57,882 nt of DNA from Bacillales bacterium (lineage in GTDB: Bacteria; Bacillota_I; Bacilli_A; RF39; UBA660). Both the position numbers and the translations under genes were made by a program. Shown here one piece after another: positions 55,760 through 57,882 of the stretch (its first letter is position 1; each line of letters starts with the position of its first letter). A model generated the notes under the pieces. That model worked only from the letters and a program-made list of their open reading frames with translations, was not told the origin of the DNA and made no database searches. Location: the NCBI GenBank assembly GCA_016288305.1, contig JAEEYW010000001.1, positions 1 through 57,882 of the forward strand, in the 5' to 3' direction.

Positions 55760-56731
55760 TTAATCCTCCAATATAAATGTTTCTATTTTACTTTGTTTTT
55801 TTACAACGTATCCTTTTAAAGTATTATTACTTTTAAAATATACATTAACTTCAACATCACCAAATGAATCCAAATTATTACCTATCATACTAGATAAAGT
55901 AAGTATTTCACCTGCTGTTAAATAACTTTTATTAATATTTAAATCAACTTTAACTAAAGTATTACCTTTATATAGACCGATAGGATTTAAATATAAAGTA
56001 TTGTAATCATTCAAACTTTGTTTAATAGCTAGAACAGTATTATATGCATTCATATCATGACTCATAATATAACTACTATCCAAAGCTTGATAATTATAGT
56101 TAACATAATTTAAATTATCAACTTCACCAATGTATTTAAAACTACCTTTTAAATAATCATTACTTTGTAAATAAATGCCAATTACAATGCGTATATTTTT
56201 TAATTGTTCCTTGTTTTTTAAATAATTTACTAAATCTTTAGCCTTTTCTTTAGCGTAATCTAAAACAATATTTTCATCAACTATTTTATATGATATGTCG
56301 TTATAATATTGTTTATTATCAACAACAATAGCCAAAGATATACCTTTTAAATGACCGTTATACAATAAATAATCCTGTTCATATATTGATGTAATATAAC
56401 TAGGATTAATAGTAGCATTATCAATCTTTATAGGATCTATTTTATTATATTCAGTAATTAATTCTTTTAATTCTTCACTAGTTAAATATTGACCTTCTTG
56501 GTAGAAGGAATTATTAGTTTTAAAATAATTAGTTGATAAATTCATAAGCATAGTTTCAACTTCTTGTTTATCATAACTTCTGATACTATAACTACCAACA
56601 GCCTTCTTGTATGGCTTATAAACTTGATAATATGTGGTATCATAAACAATATCAACTTGTTTTTTATTATTACATCCTGTTAACATAATTAACAACATTA
56701 ATAAAGGTATTATTTTTTTCATACGCATCAC
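55760..56731 (-). CDS. camS: CamS-family lipoprotein (sex-pheromone precursor family)
   Basis: Lipobox LMLLIMLTG|C, about 320 aa, immediately upstream of gatCAB as yerH/camS is in Bacilli. Confidence 0.65.
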   Translation of the reverse strand: MMRMKKIIPLLMLLIMLTGCNNKKQVDIVYDTTYYQVYKPYKKAVGSYSIRSYDKQEVETMLMNLSTNYFKTNNSFYQEGQYLTSEELKELITEYNKIDPIKIDNATINPSYITSIYEQDYLLYNGHLKGISLAIVVDNKQYYNDISYKIVDENIVLDYAKEKAKDLVNYLKNKEQLKNIRIVIGIYLQSNDYLKGSFKYIGEVDNLNYVNYNYQALDSSYIMSHDMNAYNTVLAIKQSLNDYNTLYLNPIGLYKGNTLVKVDLNINKSYLTAGEILTLSSMIGNNLDSFGDVEVNVYFKSNNTLKGYVVKKQSKIETFILED

Positions 56732-56789
56732 TCTATAATTATATCATAAAATATAGTTTAAAACTATCAAAATATAAATAAATGTATTT

Positions 56790-56812
56790 AAAAAAGCCAT
56801 TTTAATATGGCC
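56790..56812 (-). terminator. Terminator-like hairpin downstream of the 56814-57014 ORF
   Basis: Minus strand GCCAT-ATTAAA-ATGGC followed by TTTTTT. Confidence 0.45.
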
Positions 56813-57082
56813 TTTACTCTTTATCCGGTTTCGAAGTTTTGTCTTCTAATCTATATATTGTCTTTTCTTTATTCTTATTAAATAATTCTTTTTCTCTGTT
56901 CGTCTCTTCATTTAACATTATTAGTCGTTCTTTTTGGCTAATACCTATTGCATCAAACTCATTAATCCATCTTGTGGGTGACATTGTAAATGAATTTTTA
57001 CCAGTTTCTGACAATAGGGGTTCGAAATCGACCCCCTAAATTCAGGAATATCATTACGTATTTGCAACAATATAATGCAATC

Positions 57083-57105
57083 AAAAAGACTATTTTTTTA
57101 TAGTC
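57083..57105 (-). terminator. Rho-independent terminator of fic
   Basis: GACTAT/ATAGTC stem followed by TTTTT on the minus strand. Confidence 0.55.
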
Positions 57106-57107
57106 CT

Positions 57108-57716
57108 TTATTTATCCAATTCATCAATTTTATAAGTATTATATCCTTCATATTTATAGCTTGTATCAATACCTTTCATATATACCATTCTATCATCTAT
57201 TTTATCAGTCAGTGCATCTTTTAATAATATCATTATTTCAGTATCTTTAATTGGACTTCTTTCCATAGCAAGTAAATAATCTTCTTTATCTATTTTACAC
57301 CAATCAACAACTTTAACAATTTTGTCTTTAAGTATCATATCAAGCCATATACGAGTACTTCTACCATTACCTTCTCTAAAAGGATGAGCTATATTCATTT
57401 CAATATATTTTTTTATTATATCTTCAAATGTATTTTCAGGCATAGAATCGATTTTATTTAATGCATCTTTTAGATATATTGATGCAGCAAATCTGAAATT
57501 TCCTTTAGCTAAGTCTACTTTTCTTATTTCACCAGCAAAAGTATATATATCACTAAGCAAAAATCTATGAATATCACATAATCTTTTGGTTGTCCCGACT
57601 TCATATTCATTCATTTTACTTGTATCAAAAAGTTCTAAAGCTTTTAGTTTTGATATTTTTTCTTCCTCTTTTGCAAGTTCAATTTCATTGGTTATTCCTA
57701 ATTTATTTTCAAGCAT
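57108..57716 (-). CDS. fic: Fic-family protein (class III, C-terminal autoinhibitory motif)
   Basis: Canonical Fic motif HPFREGNGRSTR (57351-57386). C-terminal SYKYEG (57144-57161) fits the inhibitory (S/T)xxxE(G/N) motif. AGAGGAG RBS, with TGATATAAT (extended -10) about 35 nt upstream. Confidence 0.9.
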   Translation of the reverse strand: MLENKLGITNEIELAKEEEKISKLKALELFDTSKMNEYEVGTTKRLCDIHRFLLSDIYTFAGEIRKVDLAKGNFRFAASIYLKDALNKIDSMPENTFEDIIKKYIEMNIAHPFREGNGRSTRIWLDMILKDKIVKVVDWCKIDKEDYLLAMERSPIKDTEIMILLKDALTDKIDDRMVYMKGIDTSYKYEGYNTYKIDELDK

Positions 57717-57818
57717 TTACATCTCCTCTATGACTATGTATATTATATCACGTATAATACTGATTAGTAAATGAAACGGATTTGAAAATTTTGAATTATT
57801 CATCATTTACTATATAAT

Positions 57819-57854
57819 ATTTTCTATTCATTTTTATAAAAATGAATAGAAAAT
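57819..57854. repeat. Perfect 36-nt palindrome (18-nt arms)
   Basis: ATTTTCTATTCATTTTTA|TAAAAATGAATAGAAAAT, about 100 nt upstream of fic. Confidence 0.8.
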
Positions 57855-57882
57855 TCGCGATTGAGTTTAGGCAGATTATATC

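Noticed and set aside
57016-57037. A GC-rich hairpin containing GGTTCGAAAT, considered as a tRNA T-arm fragment marking an integration (att) site.
   Set aside because: The loop and stem do not match the 5-bp stem and 7-nt TTCGAAT T-arm geometry. No acceptor-stem or CCA-like sequence follows, and there is no matching copy at the tRNA-Arg gene.
1-57882. Mollicutes-type genetic code 4 (TGA read as Trp), suggested by the very low GC content and the short SMC.
   Set aside because: Long ORFs, including 2,321 codons, are uninterrupted under the standard code. TGG is used for Trp, and TGA closes ORFs at sensible gene boundaries (for example 13069-13071, 22944-22946 and 23195-23197).
1-57882. CRISPR arrays, IS elements or transposases, integrons and restriction-modification or other recognisable defence systems.
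   Set aside because: I saw no regularly spaced short repeats in intergenic DNA and no transposase, Cas or methyltransferase-like motifs in any ORF.

Overview
This is a 57.9 kb, very AT-rich chromosomal segment that uses the standard genetic code: a 2,321-codon ORF has no in-frame TGA, and TGA serves as a stop. The organism is a spore-forming low-GC Bacillota. cotE, spoIIM and ylbJ are present, and the gene order resembles Bacilli or Erysipelotrichia (lspA-rluD, camS-gatCAB, uppS-cdsA-rseP, miaB-cotE, rpsP-khpA). About 50 of roughly 58 genes lie on the minus strand. Most of the content is housekeeping: smc, alr, mnmA, rarA, gatCAB, miaB, uppS/cdsA/rseP, uppP, queH, ABC-F, pseudouridine synthases and one tRNA-Arg(CCT). 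The unusual part is a scattered type IV pilus or pseudopilus-like gene set inserted between conserved housekeeping blocks. It comprises five genes with prepilin-type N-termini: 12269-13066, 16309-16818, 16830-18629, 35176-42105 and 42180-43619. It also includes one orphan PilB/ComGA-type ATPase (18726-20210). No platform protein or prepilin peptidase is in the window. Four of the five pilins are modular fusions. One carries an Ig-like module. Two are paralogues carrying a lectin-like module with FGE/C-type-lectin-like motifs. One is a giant protein of about 2,300 aa built from nested repeats (three supermodules of about 350 aa, Listeria-Bacteroides-type repeats and a 28-Cys C-terminal domain). 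Smaller items are a class III Fic protein, a degenerate GGDEF receptor-like protein, a three-gene unknown operon beside a Xer recombinase, a plus-strand islet beside the tRNA, and several unannotated small ORFs and hairpins. I saw no CRISPR array, transposase, prophage or reverse transcriptase. All family assignments come from motif recognition by eye, not from searches.
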